Shown: positions 28,082 through 38,865 of the stretch, one piece after another
Numbering within the stretch: position 1 is the first letter of the stretch
Layout of the letters: every line of letters starts with the position of its first letter
Position numbers and translations under genes: made by a program
The notes under the pieces: model-generated
What the model was told of the DNA's origin: nothing
The model's database searches: none
The model's input: the letters and a program-made list of their open reading frames with translations, nothing else
Origin: an uncultured Chloroflexia bacterium
Lineage (GTDB): Bacteria > Chloroflexota > Chloroflexia > Thermomicrobiales > UBA6265
NCBI GenBank assembly: GCA_963724295.1
Contig: CAVRUC010000003.1
Location: 1 to 64,000, forward strand
Length of the DNA stretch: 64,000 nt
Reading direction: 5' to 3'

Positions 28082-29731
28082 ATGGCCCCGGATCTCCTCA
28101 TCCGCAACGGCCGGGTCTGGACTGGAGACCCCTCGCATCCCCGCGCGGAGGCCGTTGCGATCGCGGGCAACCGAATAGCCGCCGTCGGCACGGAAGCTGT
28201 TGCCCGGGCCGCGGTCTCCCGTGATGCCGAGGTGATCGACGCGGGCGGACGCACCGTGCTGCCCGGGCTCATCGATGCCCACAACCACTACCTGGCGACG
28301 GCCGAGGCGCTGGCCTCGGTCAACGTCCGCTTCCCCGCCGTAACCTCCCGCGCTGACCTCACCCGCGTCATCGGTGAGGTGGCGGAGGTCACACCACCCG
28401 GACGCTGGATCCGGGCCGTCGGTCTCGACTGGTCAAAGTTTTCGGATGGGCAGCCGCCGACCCGGTGGGATCTCGACGAGGCCACGCTCGGGCACCCGGT
28501 CATCGTCTACCACGTCTCGGTCCATCACGCCCTCGTCAACACGCCCGCCATGCGAGAGCGCGGTATTACCGACCAGGTCCAGGATCCGCCCGGCGGCCGG
28601 TTCGTACGCGACGAGGCCGGCCGCCTCACCGGCCTCTGCCTCGATGCCGCGACCGACCTCATCCTGCCAGTGGTCGTCGACATCGGCTGTCACGGGCCGA
28701 ACTTCCATACGCTGCTGCCCGGTGAGGATTCTGTGGCGCTGCTCGCCGACGCCAGTCGCGTCTACCTGGCGGCGGGTCTTACCACAGTCTGCGATCCGCA
28801 GGTCACCCGCCGCGAGATGCGGATCTATCGTGACGCTGCCGCCCGCGGCCTGCTGGGCCTACGTGTCGCCTTGATGCCGCTCTCGAACCACCTCGACGAT
28901 TTCGAGGCGGTGGGGATTGCCCCGCCGTTCGGAGACGACCACCTCCGCATCACCGCCATGAAGCTCTATGCGGACGGCACCCTCATCGGAGGCACCGCCT
29001 GGTTCTCGGAGCCATACGGGCCGCATGGCGAGTTCACCGGCTCGACCTATTGGCAGCCGGAGCAGCTGCGAGACCTCGTCGTTCGCGCCCACGGCCACGG
29101 CTGGCAGGTCGGCATCCACACCCAGGGTGATGCGGCCATTGACATGTCGCTCGACGCCATCGAGGCGGCGATGCGCGCCGCGCCGCGCGTCGACAACCGC
29201 CATCGCATCGAACACTGCGGCTATCCGACTCCTGAACAGATCGGCCGTATGGCTCGCCTCGGGGTGATCCCGGTCAACCAGCCCAACTTCCTCGTCGATT
29301 CCGGAGACGACTTCATTCGCCATCTCGGGCAGCGCGCTCATCGCTTGCAACCGATTCGCGAGGAGCTCGACGCCGGTATCCGGCCGGTCCTCTCCAGCGA
29401 CGCATTCGTTTCCAGCCTGCGCCCACTCGACACCATGAGCGCGGCCATGACCCGCCGCACGCGCATCGGGGCCCCTATAGGCGATGACCAGCGCATGACC
29501 CTTGATGAGGCGCTCCATGCGCACACCATCGACGCGGCGGTGGCCATCGGGATGGAGGACCGCATCGGCTCCCTTCAGCCGGGCAAGCTCGCCGACGTCA
29601 CGATCATCGATGGCGATCTGGAGACCACCGCACCCGAGCAGATCGCGTCACTTGGCACCTGGATCACCATTCTGGACGGTAACGTCGCCTGGTCGGCGGC
29701 GGGCGAATCACTCACGGCCGCGCGGGCTTGA
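28082..29731 (+). CDS. Amidohydrolase 3 family (YtcJ-like)
   Basis: PGLIDAHNH, KLYADG, HTQGD, HRIEH, SSD, GSLQPGKLAD. Confidence 0.9.
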   Translation: MAPDLLIRNGRVWTGDPSHPRAEAVAIAGNRIAAVGTEAVARAAVSRDAEVIDAGGRTVLPGLIDAHNHYLATAEALASVNVRFPAVTSRADLTRVIGEVAEVTPPGRWIRAVGLDWSKFSDGQPPTRWDLDEATLGHPVIVYHVSVHHALVNTPAMRERGITDQVQDPPGGRFVRDEAGRLTGLCLDAATDLILPVVVDIGCHGPNFHTLLPGEDSVALLADASRVYLAAGLTTVCDPQVTRREMRIYRDAAARGLLGLRVALMPLSNHLDDFEAVGIAPPFGDDHLRITAMKLYADGTLIGGTAWFSEPYGPHGEFTGSTYWQPEQLRDLVVRAHGHGWQVGIHTQGDAAIDMSLDAIEAAMRAAPRVDNRHRIEHCGYPTPEQIGRMARLGVIPVNQPNFLVDSGDDFIRHLGQRAHRLQPIREELDAGIRPVLSSDAFVSSLRPLDTMSAAMTRRTRIGAPIGDDQRMTLDEALHAHTIDAAVAIGMEDRIGSLQPGKLADVTIIDGDLETTAPEQIASLGTWITILDGNVAWSAAGESLTAARA

Positions 29732-29740
29732 CTATAGAGA

Positions 29741-29950
29741 TCAACGGCGGCGCACGATACCTATCCGAGCCAGCAACTCGTAGAAATTGATGTCATAGCC
29801 CCAGCCGAAACTTTTCGGCGTCAGCAGTCGGGGATCGCGCGGGTTCCAGGCCCGCTCTCTGACCCGCGACCATGTGGGCCGCCGCCAGTCAAATGGCATC
29901 CCCAGAAAAGTTCCCGTACCACGCTTGTCCTGTTCGTCACCGTGATTCAT
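29741..29950 (-). CDS. Small DUF5808-like protein
   Basis: G.FLGMPFDWRRPT..R.WNP.DPRL.TPK.FGWGY.INF. Confidence 0.75.
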   Translation of the reverse strand: MNHGDEQDKRGTGTFLGMPFDWRRPTWSRVRERAWNPRDPRLLTPKSFGWGYDINFYELLARIGIVRRR

Positions 29951-30076
29951 CGTCGATACCCAGTAAGCGTTCAAGAATCCGCGGGGCGTGGACCTGAGTA
30001 CGGGGCTGGCCAACCAGCCCCGTACTCACCGACGCACGCATTCCAGCGTCCCAGGGAGATCCGACCGGCTGGGACC

Positions 30077-30844
30077 CTACTGGCGGCCGGCGACACCTCG
30101 CGCCGGAGCCTGGGTACGGCTCATTCCGGCAAACGAACCGATCGCGAGCCCGATCACAGCACCGATGAACGCCACCCCGATCGCCGTCGCCGGCCTACCC
30201 ACGAGATCGTCGAATGCCGGCGCAACGAGCCACCCCAAGACCAGTCCAGGAACCAGTCCCGCCACCAGACCAATGGCCGCGCCTCGCTCTGCGGCCGCGG
30301 CGTTGACGCGGTCGACCTCGGTGTCATCGAGCCAGTCTTCGGCCGCCTCCGCGTACGCGCTCCCCAGCACCGCCCCGTAGACCAGGTGCAAGAGGAGGTT
30401 GCCAAGGATCGGCAACGGACCAGCGCCAATGTCCATGCCAAACAGGCCGCCGCCCATCAGCGGCAGGAAGACGATGAGGGACAACAACCAGGGGATGAGG
30501 GCGAACTGCATGCCCCTCCACCAGGTTGGACCATGGAGTCGCGGCTCGGCATAGCGGGCATACACCAGGGCGAGCAGGAGTCCCACCGCCAGGTTCGCCC
30601 CGATGGCCAGGACGACGCCATCCGCCGTGCGCTCCGCCACAGGGTTGTTGACGAGCGCCCAGCACCAGCGCTGGATGACCCCGCCGTCCACGCTCCCGAG
30701 GCTACTGGCCAGCCAGTATGCGGCGACGAGAACGACGGTCATCGCGAACGTGCCGAGGAATCCGGCGAGGACGCCGGCCCGCAGCCAGTCCTCCCGGGGC
30801 GCGTCCGTCGGCAACGGATTGGCAAGAGAGCGATCGCTGTTCAT
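30077..30844 (-). CDS. Multi-pass membrane protein of unknown function
   Basis: About six hydrophobic helices; GNLLLHLVYGAVLG motif; GGAGG RBS. Confidence 0.8.
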   Translation of the reverse strand: MNSDRSLANPLPTDAPREDWLRAGVLAGFLGTFAMTVVLVAAYWLASSLGSVDGGVIQRWCWALVNNPVAERTADGVVLAIGANLAVGLLLALVYARYAEPRLHGPTWWRGMQFALIPWLLSLIVFLPLMGGGLFGMDIGAGPLPILGNLLLHLVYGAVLGSAYAEAAEDWLDDTEVDRVNAAAAERGAAIGLVAGLVPGLVLGWLVAPAFDDLVGRPATAIGVAFIGAVIGLAIGSFAGMSRTQAPARGVAGRQ

Positions 30845-30989
30845 GGTTTCCTCCCCTGTGATACGTGCGGTGGTGGGTGGCGCGAACGGCCGTGGGTCCC
30901 TAGGGAAGGGGCTCATCAAAATCTACGACCATGCTTCGATTGTGGATGTGACCCGCTCCGGATCGCGGCTCCGTGCGTACTGTTCCCTA

Positions 30990-31733
30990 CTACGCGGCAG
31001 GACTGCGTCTGCGACGCGCGTCATCCGGCCGCGTGCCGGCACGAAGCCCACCGAGGATCGCGAAGGCCCGCTCCATGGCGAAGTCACGCGTTGTTGCGTC
31101 GAACGCCTCGGAGCTGCTCGGCATCATGAAGCCATGCTGGATACCCGGGAAAATGTGCACCTCGACGTTGCTCATGCGCGACGCCGCGGCACGATAGGCA
31201 TCCAGCACCGGCGGCGGCGCGCGGTGATCCTGGTCGCCCCAGATGATGCAGACCGGCGTCGTGACGCCGTCGAGCTCGCCGATGTAGTCGAGCATCTGCG
31301 ACCCGTGGCACGAAATGCCGGCGTCGAAGCCGAGCCGCTTCGGCCCGAGAACGGCGAAGGGCCCGCCGTAGCAGAAGCCCATCGTCGCCGCGCGGCCGTT
31401 GAATCGCGGCAGCGTGCGCAGCTGCGCGAGCGTATCGACCATGTCGCGCTCGTTGGTTTTGAGCTTGTCGAGCCGCGGCTGCGAGCGCTCGTGGGTTCGT
31501 GGGTCGCCGGAAGGGAGCGGACCCGGCACCGTGCGCCAGAACAGGTCGGGGGCCGCGGCGAAATACCCCGCCGCGCCGAATTCGTCGGCGATCTGGCTGA
31601 GATCCGCATCGACGCCATCGATGGAGCAGGCCAGCATCACCGCCGGCGCCGGGTCGTCGCCCGCGGGCGTCACCAGGTAGCAATCGAACTCGCCGCCCTC
31701 GGTCGCGCGGATCTTGACGCTCTTGCTCGGCAT
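30990..31733 (-). CDS. Dienelactone hydrolase family protein
   Basis: APDLFWR, GFCYGG nucleophile, GDQD, HGF. Confidence 0.9.
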   Translation of the reverse strand: MPSKSVKIRATEGGEFDCYLVTPAGDDPAPAVMLACSIDGVDADLSQIADEFGAAGYFAAAPDLFWRTVPGPLPSGDPRTHERSQPRLDKLKTNERDMVDTLAQLRTLPRFNGRAATMGFCYGGPFAVLGPKRLGFDAGISCHGSQMLDYIGELDGVTTPVCIIWGDQDHRAPPPVLDAYRAAASRMSNVEVHIFPGIQHGFMMPSSSEAFDATTRDFAMERAFAILGGLRAGTRPDDARRRRSPAA

Positions 31734-31854
31734 GACCGATCTCCTGCCGCATGTCTGCTGCGAGTGTAGTAGTTCTGATCAAAGCCAAGTTCGAATTCTC
31801 CGATCCTCTTACCGCTTGAGTGCATGTAGTCTTGGCTCCAAATGAGGAGCACGC

Positions 31855-32837
31855 ATGCCGATCGTTCCTGATCGTTACCGCTTCGCCACCCGCCTGAACT
31901 CGTTCCGCGACCGCGACGCGTCGGCGATCGCGGCGCCGCGGCGCCGGATCTGCTGCGTGCCGTTGGGCGTGTTCCCGGCCTGACGGCGGTCGAACTGAAC
32001 TACCCACAGCACTTCCATGGAACGACCGAGGCCACGTTGGTCGAGGCGCTGGCCGAAACCGGGCTCGCATTGACGGCGCTGAGCCTCCGCTTCGAGGGGC
32101 CGGACTTCGCCGACGGCGCGTTCACCAGCCCGCGCGCCGAGACCCGGGAGAGGGCAATTCGGCTGGCTCAGGACGCGGTGGAGGTGGCGGCCCGGCTAGG
32201 GGCGCCGCACGTCGACCTCTGGATGGCGTACGACGGCTTCGACTACCCGTTCCAGGTCGACTACGACCGGCTCTGGGCCGGCGAGGTTGACGGCTTCCGG
32301 CGCGTCGCCGCGCACGACCCGGCGATCCGCATCAGCGTCGAGTACAAGCCGATCGACCCGCGCCGCACTGCGCTGATCCGCGGCATGGGCGAGGCCCTTC
32401 TCGCGGCTCGCGACGTTGGTCTGCCCAACTTCGGCGTCCAGATCGACTTCTGCCACAGCCTGATGGCCCGCGAGCAGCCCGCCCTGGCCGCCTCGCTGGC
32501 CCTACGCGAAGGCCGCCTCTTCGGTGTCCACCTCAACGACGGCTACGGCCAGGCCGACGATGGACTGCTGGTCGGCAGCGTCCACCCCTGGCAGACCCTG
32601 GAGCTGCTGGCGACGCTGCGCCGGTACGACTATCGAGGCACGATCTACTTCGACACCTTCCCCGTGCGCGAAGACCCGGCCGCCGAGAGCGCCGCCAACA
32701 TCGCCCGCGTGCGAGCGTTGGAGGCGATCCTGGATCGTCTCGATACGGAGCGACTGACAGTGCTGCAGGCGTGCCACGACGCGATCGGGGTGCAGGCGCT
32801 ACTGCACGAGGTCACCTTTGGCTGGGATGGGCACTGA
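31855..32837 (+). CDS. Xylose isomerase-like TIM-barrel sugar isomerase; frameshift near 31940
   Basis: ATG 31855 after GAGGAG gives MPIVPDRYRFATRLNSF; continues in the 32037 frame with ELNYPQH, DGFDYPFQ, EYKP.DPR, DFCHS, HLNDG...DDGL, FDTFP. Confidence 0.82.
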
Positions 32838-33801
32838 GGCGCCGACAGGTGTGGTCGTGGTCGGCAGCGTCCACATGGACGTGGTCGCCACGGCCGACCG
32901 TCTCCCCGGCAAGGGCGAGAGCGTCGTCGGCCACCGAGTGGCCCTTTCCCCCGGCGGGAAGGCCGGCAACCAGGCGGCGCAGGCCGCTCTCAACGAGGCC
33001 CGGACCTTCCTCATCGGCCGCGTCGGCCGCGATCTCTTCGGCGATCAGCTCCGCGCCGCGTTGGCACGCACAGGGGTCGACACGACCTACCTCACGGTCG
33101 ACTCCGAGGCGGCCACCGGGGTCAGCCCGGTCCTTACCGGCGCCGACGGCGAGTACGCATCGATCATCGTGCCCGGCGCCGGACAGCGTCTGGAACCGGA
33201 GGATGTCGACGCCGCCCGCGACGCGTTCGCCCGATCGGCGGTGCTCCTCCTCCAGCTGGAGATCCCGGTCCGGATCTCCGCCCACGCCGCCCAGCTCGCC
33301 CGATCGCTCGGACTCCGGGTGATCTTCAACGCCTCCCCCGCTCCCGCCGATGGCGCGGCGATCCCTGACGCATTGTGGTCGGCCGTAGACGTGCTGCTCG
33401 TCAACGGCGTCGAAGCGGAACGGCTGAGCGGAATGTCGATCCCCGACGTCCCCGGGGCCGTGGTCGCGAGCGAAGGTCTCCGTAGGCAGTTCGGGATACC
33501 GACCATAATCGTGACCCTCGGCGGGCACGGCGTCGTCGCGCTCGACGAACGCGGGGCACGCCACCTTCCCGCCTGGCCGGTTCCGGTCGTCGAGACGATC
33601 GGGGCGGGCGACGCATTCGCGGGCATCCTGGCCAGCGAGCTTGCCCGCGGTCGCCAGCTCGATGACGCCCTCCCACTCGCCAACGCCGCCGGAGCGCTAG
33701 CCGTGACACGCTCCGGGACCCACGACGCCTTGCCGACAGGCGCGCAAATCCATGCCTTTCTCAAGGAGCGTCAGGGCGCGGAGAGCGGTGATCGCCGGTG
33801 A
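32827..33801 (+). CDS. rbsK: Ribokinase-like PfkB carbohydrate kinase
   Basis: GSVHMD, GGKAGNQA, LLQLEIP, NASPA, ETIGAGDAFAG. Confidence 0.8.
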   Translation: MGTEAPTGVVVVGSVHMDVVATADRLPGKGESVVGHRVALSPGGKAGNQAAQAALNEARTFLIGRVGRDLFGDQLRAALARTGVDTTYLTVDSEAATGVSPVLTGADGEYASIIVPGAGQRLEPEDVDAARDAFARSAVLLLQLEIPVRISAHAAQLARSLGLRVIFNASPAPADGAAIPDALWSAVDVLLVNGVEAERLSGMSIPDVPGAVVASEGLRRQFGIPTIIVTLGGHGVVALDERGARHLPAWPVPVVETIGAGDAFAGILASELARGRQLDDALPLANAAGALAVTRSGTHDALPTGAQIHAFLKERQGAESGDRR

Positions 33802-33835
33802 GGTGATCGCGAATTGCTCGAAGCTGCCGTTAGTT

Positions 33836-33859
33836 GGTGCCGGGAGCGGGATTCGAACC
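33836..33859 (-). repeat. Island att site: 24-bp duplicate of the tRNA-Leu 3' end
   Basis: GGTGCCGGGAGCGGGATTCGAACC is identical to 41601-41624. Confidence 0.93.
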
Positions 33860-34243
33860 ACATCCAGAAACAATAGCGTCATGACGCGAAAAGCTCTCCT
33901 GGTTGCGGCACCATGGTCACGAAGTGGTCACGGGATTCTCACGTTGATCCTCCGACCCGGAGACCTTGCGGCGTTCGAGAGTTCCTCACTAATCTGTGGC
34001 ATGAGGCCTCTTCGGGGGCACCTCGCCTGCACTTGGGTATCGGAGCGAAGTAATCCAACCGATGGCCGAGACCAATGCCGCGCGTTGCAACCAACACTGA
34101 GTTCTGAGATAGTCGATTCGAATCTCACGTAGGTCCTCGGTTGCTTTTGGAGCCTTCGCGGCGGGTCTCTCTCCACGGCAATAGAGGGTGGCCGCAGCAC
34201 TTGAGCCGCGACAAATCCGAGTCCCGATGGATGGTTAATAAGA

Positions 34244-35500
34244 ATGGGTAGCTACGATCTCCGCTGTGCGCGTTGCGGTGTAGCGATCTCCGCTGCGGTC
34301 TTTCACCGCGTCTGTCCTACCTGCAGCGGAGAGCTTGCGTTCCACTATGACCTGAGCGACGTTCACCTCGATCGGAATCTGCCGGGGATCTGGCGGTTCA
34401 TCGATCTGCTGCCCATTGAGCATCCCGAGCAGGTCGTCTCACTCCAGGAAGGGAACACGCCCCTCATCCCATCGAATATGTCAGTCGCACTCGGCGTGCG
34501 GGCATTCTGGAAATGGGAAGGGGCCAATCCGACCGGGGCACAAAAGGACCGCGGGCTCGCGGTCGCCATCGCCAAAGGGCAAGCGTTCGGGTTTGAGGCG
34601 GCCATCATCGCCTCGACCGGTTCAGCGGGGCTCTCCTCGGCGGCCTACGCGGCGCGGGCCGGAATGAAGCACGCCGTTTTGGTCAGCCGCAAAGCCCTCA
34701 TCGCGCGGGTAATGCCCATGATCGCGCTCGGCTCGGCAGTATTCGAGGTCGATGGCACGATCGAGGATACCCTCGAGCTGTTAGCGGCCGCATGCGACAA
34801 CCTGGGAGCATATGAGACGACGACGTATCGCAAAGCGAATCCGTATCAAAGTGAGGGCGCCAAGACGCTTGGGTACGAGATCTTCCTGCAGCTCGGATCC
34901 GTGCCCGACTGGATCGTGGTCCCGGTTGGCGGAGGAGGAACCCTTGGCTCCATCTGGAGAGCGTTCGCGGATCTGCGCGCAATCGGTTTGACCGACCGCA
35001 TACCCCGGATGGTTGGCGTGCAACCGACCGACTATAACGCGCTCGAGATCGCAGAGCGGAAAGGCCTATCGACCGACGCCGAGCTGCGTCAGCTCTCTTG
35101 GTCTGACACCCCGCCGACGGTGCTTGTGAAACTCCAGCACACCTATCCCTACGACGGCGAGGAGGCGCTCACCGCCATCAGAGAGTCCGGTGGCAGTGTT
35201 TGCGTAGCAACGGATGACCAAGCCTTCGCCGCCCAACGGCGAATCGGGACGACGGATGGGATTTTTGCCGAACCGTCCTCGACCGTAGTCTTGACCGCCA
35301 TCGAAGACCTCGTCGCCTCCGGCCGTATCGAACCAGGACAATCCGTGGTCGGCGTACTCACCGGATCGGGGCATCGGGAGACTCATCTCCTGATTGAGCG
35401 CGGTGAGGCGACGGTCGAGACGATTAGCGCGGCCGACGGAGAGGCGAGACTGGCGCGCTTTCTCGGTGAGAAGCACTCTGAGGGCGAGGCCATCGCGTGA
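34244..35500 (+). CDS. Threonine synthase-like PLP enzyme (fold type II), divergent active site
   Basis: N-terminal CxxC..CxxC, EGNTPL, NPTGAQKDRG, ASTGSAG, NPYQ.EGAKT, PVGGGG, EPSS, LTGSGH. Confidence 0.88.
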   Translation: MGSYDLRCARCGVAISAAVFHRVCPTCSGELAFHYDLSDVHLDRNLPGIWRFIDLLPIEHPEQVVSLQEGNTPLIPSNMSVALGVRAFWKWEGANPTGAQKDRGLAVAIAKGQAFGFEAAIIASTGSAGLSSAAYAARAGMKHAVLVSRKALIARVMPMIALGSAVFEVDGTIEDTLELLAAACDNLGAYETTTYRKANPYQSEGAKTLGYEIFLQLGSVPDWIVVPVGGGGTLGSIWRAFADLRAIGLTDRIPRMVGVQPTDYNALEIAERKGLSTDAELRQLSWSDTPPTVLVKLQHTYPYDGEEALTAIRESGGSVCVATDDQAFAAQRRIGTTDGIFAEPSSTVVLTAIEDLVASGRIEPGQSVVGVLTGSGHRETHLLIERGEATVETISAADGEARLARFLGEKHSEGEAIA

Positions 35501-36309
35501 TGGGATCACTCTGCGACGGCCAGGTCGCGATCGTCACTGGCGGCGGCAAGGGGATCGGCCGCGCCATTGCCATGCGGCTCGCCCAGGAAGGTGCCGCGGT
35601 TGCGATCTGCGGTCGCGAGGCTAGCGCAATTGAAGCCACGGTGGTGGACATGACCGAGACGGGTGTGCTTGCGTTCGGGAGGACGCTCGATGTCGCGGAC
35701 TACATCGCCGTGGACGCGTTCGTCGCTGAGACGCAAGCGATGTTTGGCAGCGTCAACATCCTGGTCAACAACGCTGCGCTGACTGCAATGAGCAATATCG
35801 GCTTCGCGCCCGTTCCCGATCTAGCGGTTGACGAATGGCGCCGGGTCGTGGACGTCAACCTCTCCGGCGCCTACTACGCGTCGCGGGCTGCCGGACAGAT
35901 CATGCGCGAGCAGCAGTCGGGAAACATCATCACCGTCTCTTCCGTCCATGCGCATGTGCCGAACGCGCTCACACCGCATTACGATGCGACGAAGGCTGGA
36001 CTCGAGGCTCTTACTCGCAGTCTAGCGCTCTACTTCGGGCGGTTCGGCGTCCGGGTGAACGCCGTCGCCCCTGGACCCATCGTCGAGGAGGGGTCGGATA
36101 GCGCTCAGAACCCTTACTCTCCTGACGCACGGGAGAGCCAGCGGCGGTCAACGGCGCTCGGGCGCTTCGGCCGGCCGGCGGAAGTGGCGGCTGTCGTCGC
36201 CTTTCTCGCCTCCAATGAGGCAAGCTACATTACCGGGAGCACGCTGCTCGTCGATGGAGGATTCCTGCTCCGCCATGAGGGGATGTCGGATGGATCGGAT
36301 ATTGGATAG
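35497..36309 (+). CDS. SDR oxidoreductase
   Basis: TGGGKGIG, NNAA, YDATK, YITGSTLLVDGG; start overlaps the upstream stop. Confidence 0.9.
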   Translation: MMGSLCDGQVAIVTGGGKGIGRAIAMRLAQEGAAVAICGREASAIEATVVDMTETGVLAFGRTLDVADYIAVDAFVAETQAMFGSVNILVNNAALTAMSNIGFAPVPDLAVDEWRRVVDVNLSGAYYASRAAGQIMREQQSGNIITVSSVHAHVPNALTPHYDATKAGLEALTRSLALYFGRFGVRVNAVAPGPIVEEGSDSAQNPYSPDARESQRRSTALGRFGRPAEVAAVVAFLASNEASYITGSTLLVDGGFLLRHEGMSDGSDIG

Positions 36310-36401
36310 CGGGCCCAGCCGGAGAAATGCCTATCGTGGACAATGACGGTACGGCGATCGACTTTGAGCGCCGTTCGGGGACTCACAAAGGAGGAACTCC
36401 C

Positions 36402-37721
36402 GTGGACAAAGCCAGCAGGATGATCACATCGAAGATCTCTCGCCGGAAGCTGATGCAAACTGGTGGCGTCGTGGCCGGGACCGCTGCCGCAACAGGCACG
36501 TTGCGCTCGACATTCGCCGCACCGAATTTCGCGCCGCGGCGGTTCCAGGGCGAGAAGCTCACCGTCCTCTACATGCAGTCGGGCACCTATGACGAAGCGG
36601 CGCGGCTGATCGCACCGGAGTTCGAGGAGGCCACCGGAGCCACGGTTGAAGTCGTGGCCTTCCCATATCAGAACCTGCACGACAACGCCGCGAATGATCT
36701 GGTGACGCAGACCGGCGCGTATGACGTCATCGACGTGGCGGGGCAGTGGGACGGAGAGTTCGCTCCCTACCTAGTGCCGCTCGATGAATACGTCGAACGG
36801 GATGGCATCAGTGGAGACGATTTCATCCCCAATATCTGGCAACTGAATGGTCTCTGGGAAGGCAACCGGAATGGGATTCCCAACGCGAACGACGCCAGAG
36901 GCATCATCTATCTCACCGACCTCTACGAAGATGCGGGAGTCAGCATCCCCGAGTCCTGGGAGCAATACAACGAAAACGCCGCGGCGCTGACCGGCGATGG
37001 CATCTATGGCGCGTCCTGGACCGGTCTCGGTGAGCAGCTGCAAGGTTCGTGGCTGAGCCGCTACTGGGAGTCTGGCCAACCGCTCTGCGAAGAAGATTGG
37101 CGCCCCGCTTTCGTCAATGAAGCTGGTGTCAACGCGATCGAGCTGCTTCGCGACGCTCTGCCGTATGCTCCCGAGGGGATGCCAGGGTGGGACATCCCGA
37201 CGCACATGAACGCCGTGCTATCAGGTGAGTTGGCGCAGTCCGAGGTGTGGCCATCGTTCATCCGGGCGGATGCCCGGGACCCATCGAAATCCAAAATCGT
37301 CGACAGGTGGGCGCTCACGCCGTTCCCTGGTCCTTCCGAGCTGAGTCTTTGGAATCTTGCCATTCCCCAGACCTCGCCACGACAAGATCTCGCCTGGGAA
37401 TGGATCAAGATGTACACGACCCCGGAGAACGCTAAGCGGTTCGCGCTCGAGTTCGGCGTTGGGTCACCCCAGCTCGCGACCTGGTCCGATCCCGAGCTCG
37501 TCGAGCGCTACCCTGAGTACCCGCAAATTCTGGCGGCGATCGAGAACGGGAAGCCGATCTGGCGGATCCCGCAATTCCCGGCCGCCTGGGACGTGCTAAT
37601 GAAGGAGCTGGAGAAAACGGTCTACCAGGGCGCGGATCCAATGGCGACCCTGCAGACCATTGCCGACGAATGGAACCGGCTGCTTGACCAGGACCCGCCG
37701 ACGGCGCCGTACGTCGAATAG
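36402..37721 (+). CDS. CUT1 sugar ABC substrate-binding protein, Tat-exported
   Basis: SRRKLMQ Tat motif; FEEATGATVEV, PESWEQY, AWEWIK; GTG after AAGGAGG. Confidence 0.88.
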   Translation: MDKASRMITSKISRRKLMQTGGVVAGTAAATGTLRSTFAAPNFAPRRFQGEKLTVLYMQSGTYDEAARLIAPEFEEATGATVEVVAFPYQNLHDNAANDLVTQTGAYDVIDVAGQWDGEFAPYLVPLDEYVERDGISGDDFIPNIWQLNGLWEGNRNGIPNANDARGIIYLTDLYEDAGVSIPESWEQYNENAAALTGDGIYGASWTGLGEQLQGSWLSRYWESGQPLCEEDWRPAFVNEAGVNAIELLRDALPYAPEGMPGWDIPTHMNAVLSGELAQSEVWPSFIRADARDPSKSKIVDRWALTPFPGPSELSLWNLAIPQTSPRQDLAWEWIKMYTTPENAKRFALEFGVGSPQLATWSDPELVERYPEYPQILAAIENGKPIWRIPQFPAAWDVLMKELEKTVYQGADPMATLQTIADEWNRLLDQDPPTAPYVE

Positions 37722-37738
37722 CAGCATCATGACGATGG

Positions 37739-37770
37739 CCCCGGGGCGGAAGCGCGCTTCCGCCCCGGGG
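37739..37770 (+). terminator. Perfect 32-bp palindrome after the binding-protein gene (terminator or mRNA-stabilising hairpin)
   Basis: CCCCGGGGCGGAAGCG|CGCTTCCGCCCCGGGG followed by TTT. Confidence 0.75.
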
Positions 37771-37883
37771 TTTCAGCCGGTCAGGCGTGCACTCGTTGTC
37801 TAGATCGGGGTTCGACACGACGTTGCATCACGTTGGTCCTGCCGAGCCTGGTTCCGCTAACGCATCAGGCGGAGGATGATCTC

Positions 37884-38801
37884 TTGGCAGTCGTCACGGC
37901 TCCGGCGGGACGCGGACGCAAATCGGCGCGCTGGAGCGAGTCGCCCATCTTCGTGCTATTCCTGCTGCCTGCCGTCATCTTTCTGGCCTTCACCAGCGTC
38001 TACCCATTGGTGCGGACCTTCTGGCTGAGCTTCCACAGCTGGTTCATGAACAAGCCGAACACCAATCCGCAATGGGTGGGGCTTGGCGGGTATCAAGCCA
38101 CCCTGGCCGATGAGGTCTTCCGCACGTCCGCCCTCAACACCGCCGTGTTTGGCGTGGGGACGGTTGCGGTGGAACTCCTGCTGGGGTTGGCACTTGCCCT
38201 CGCCTTGACGAGTGGCGGTGGAGGGATCAGGGTCGCGCGGTCAATCCTGCTGGTGCCGATGATCATGACCCCGGTGGTGGTCGGGGTGCTCTGGCGCATC
38301 CTGCTCTTCGACAGAGGGCTGGTCAACCACCTTTTGTCGTTAGTCGGGTTAGGTCCGGTGTACTGGTTCGTCGAGCCGTTCTGGGCGTTCGCTGGAGTGA
38401 TGCTGGTCGACATCTGGCAGTGGACGCCATTCGTGATGATCGTCCTCACCGCCGCGCTGGCCTCGTTGCCGGGAGAGCCGTTCCGGGCGGCCCAGATCGA
38501 TGGCGCCTCACGGTGGCAGATCTTTCGCTATATCACGCTGCCGATGCTGATGCCGGTCCTGTTGGTCACCGCGCTGCTGCGATTCATGGATGCGATCAAG
38601 GTCTTCGACACGATCTATGTCCTCACCAGCGGTGGGCCGGGATACTCGACCGAGATGCTTTCCTCCTATATCTACAAGCAGGGGGTGCGCTACTTCAACA
38701 TTGGAGGCGCTGCTGCCGCATCATGGATGTTTCTTCTAGTGATCGTAGCGATCTCGATCATCATGGTCCGCCTACGGGCGCGGGCAGGGCGAGGGGAATG
38801 A
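37884..38801 (+). CDS. CUT1 ABC permease (MalF-like)
   Basis: DIWQWTPF, AAQIDGASRWQIFRYITLP, LTSGGPG. Confidence 0.9.
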   Translation: MAVVTAPAGRGRKSARWSESPIFVLFLLPAVIFLAFTSVYPLVRTFWLSFHSWFMNKPNTNPQWVGLGGYQATLADEVFRTSALNTAVFGVGTVAVELLLGLALALALTSGGGGIRVARSILLVPMIMTPVVVGVLWRILLFDRGLVNHLLSLVGLGPVYWFVEPFWAFAGVMLVDIWQWTPFVMIVLTAALASLPGEPFRAAQIDGASRWQIFRYITLPMLMPVLLVTALLRFMDAIKVFDTIYVLTSGGPGYSTEMLSSYIYKQGVRYFNIGGAAAASWMFLLVIVAISIIMVRLRARAGRGE

Positions 38802-38865
38802 AGGGGCGTCCGATCAGAGCGGGAACGTGCCGGATTCCGTCCGCGATCGGGCAGGATTGAACCGG

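Noticed and set aside
33836..33859. Second tRNA gene
   Set aside because: Only part of the T-arm and the acceptor 3' strand are present; it is an att duplicate.
34244..35500. Calling this gene thrC as part of the nearby ask-asd pathway
   Set aside because: It lies inside the island in a transporter operon and has substitutions in conserved ThrC motifs; proximity to ask-asd is likely coincidental.
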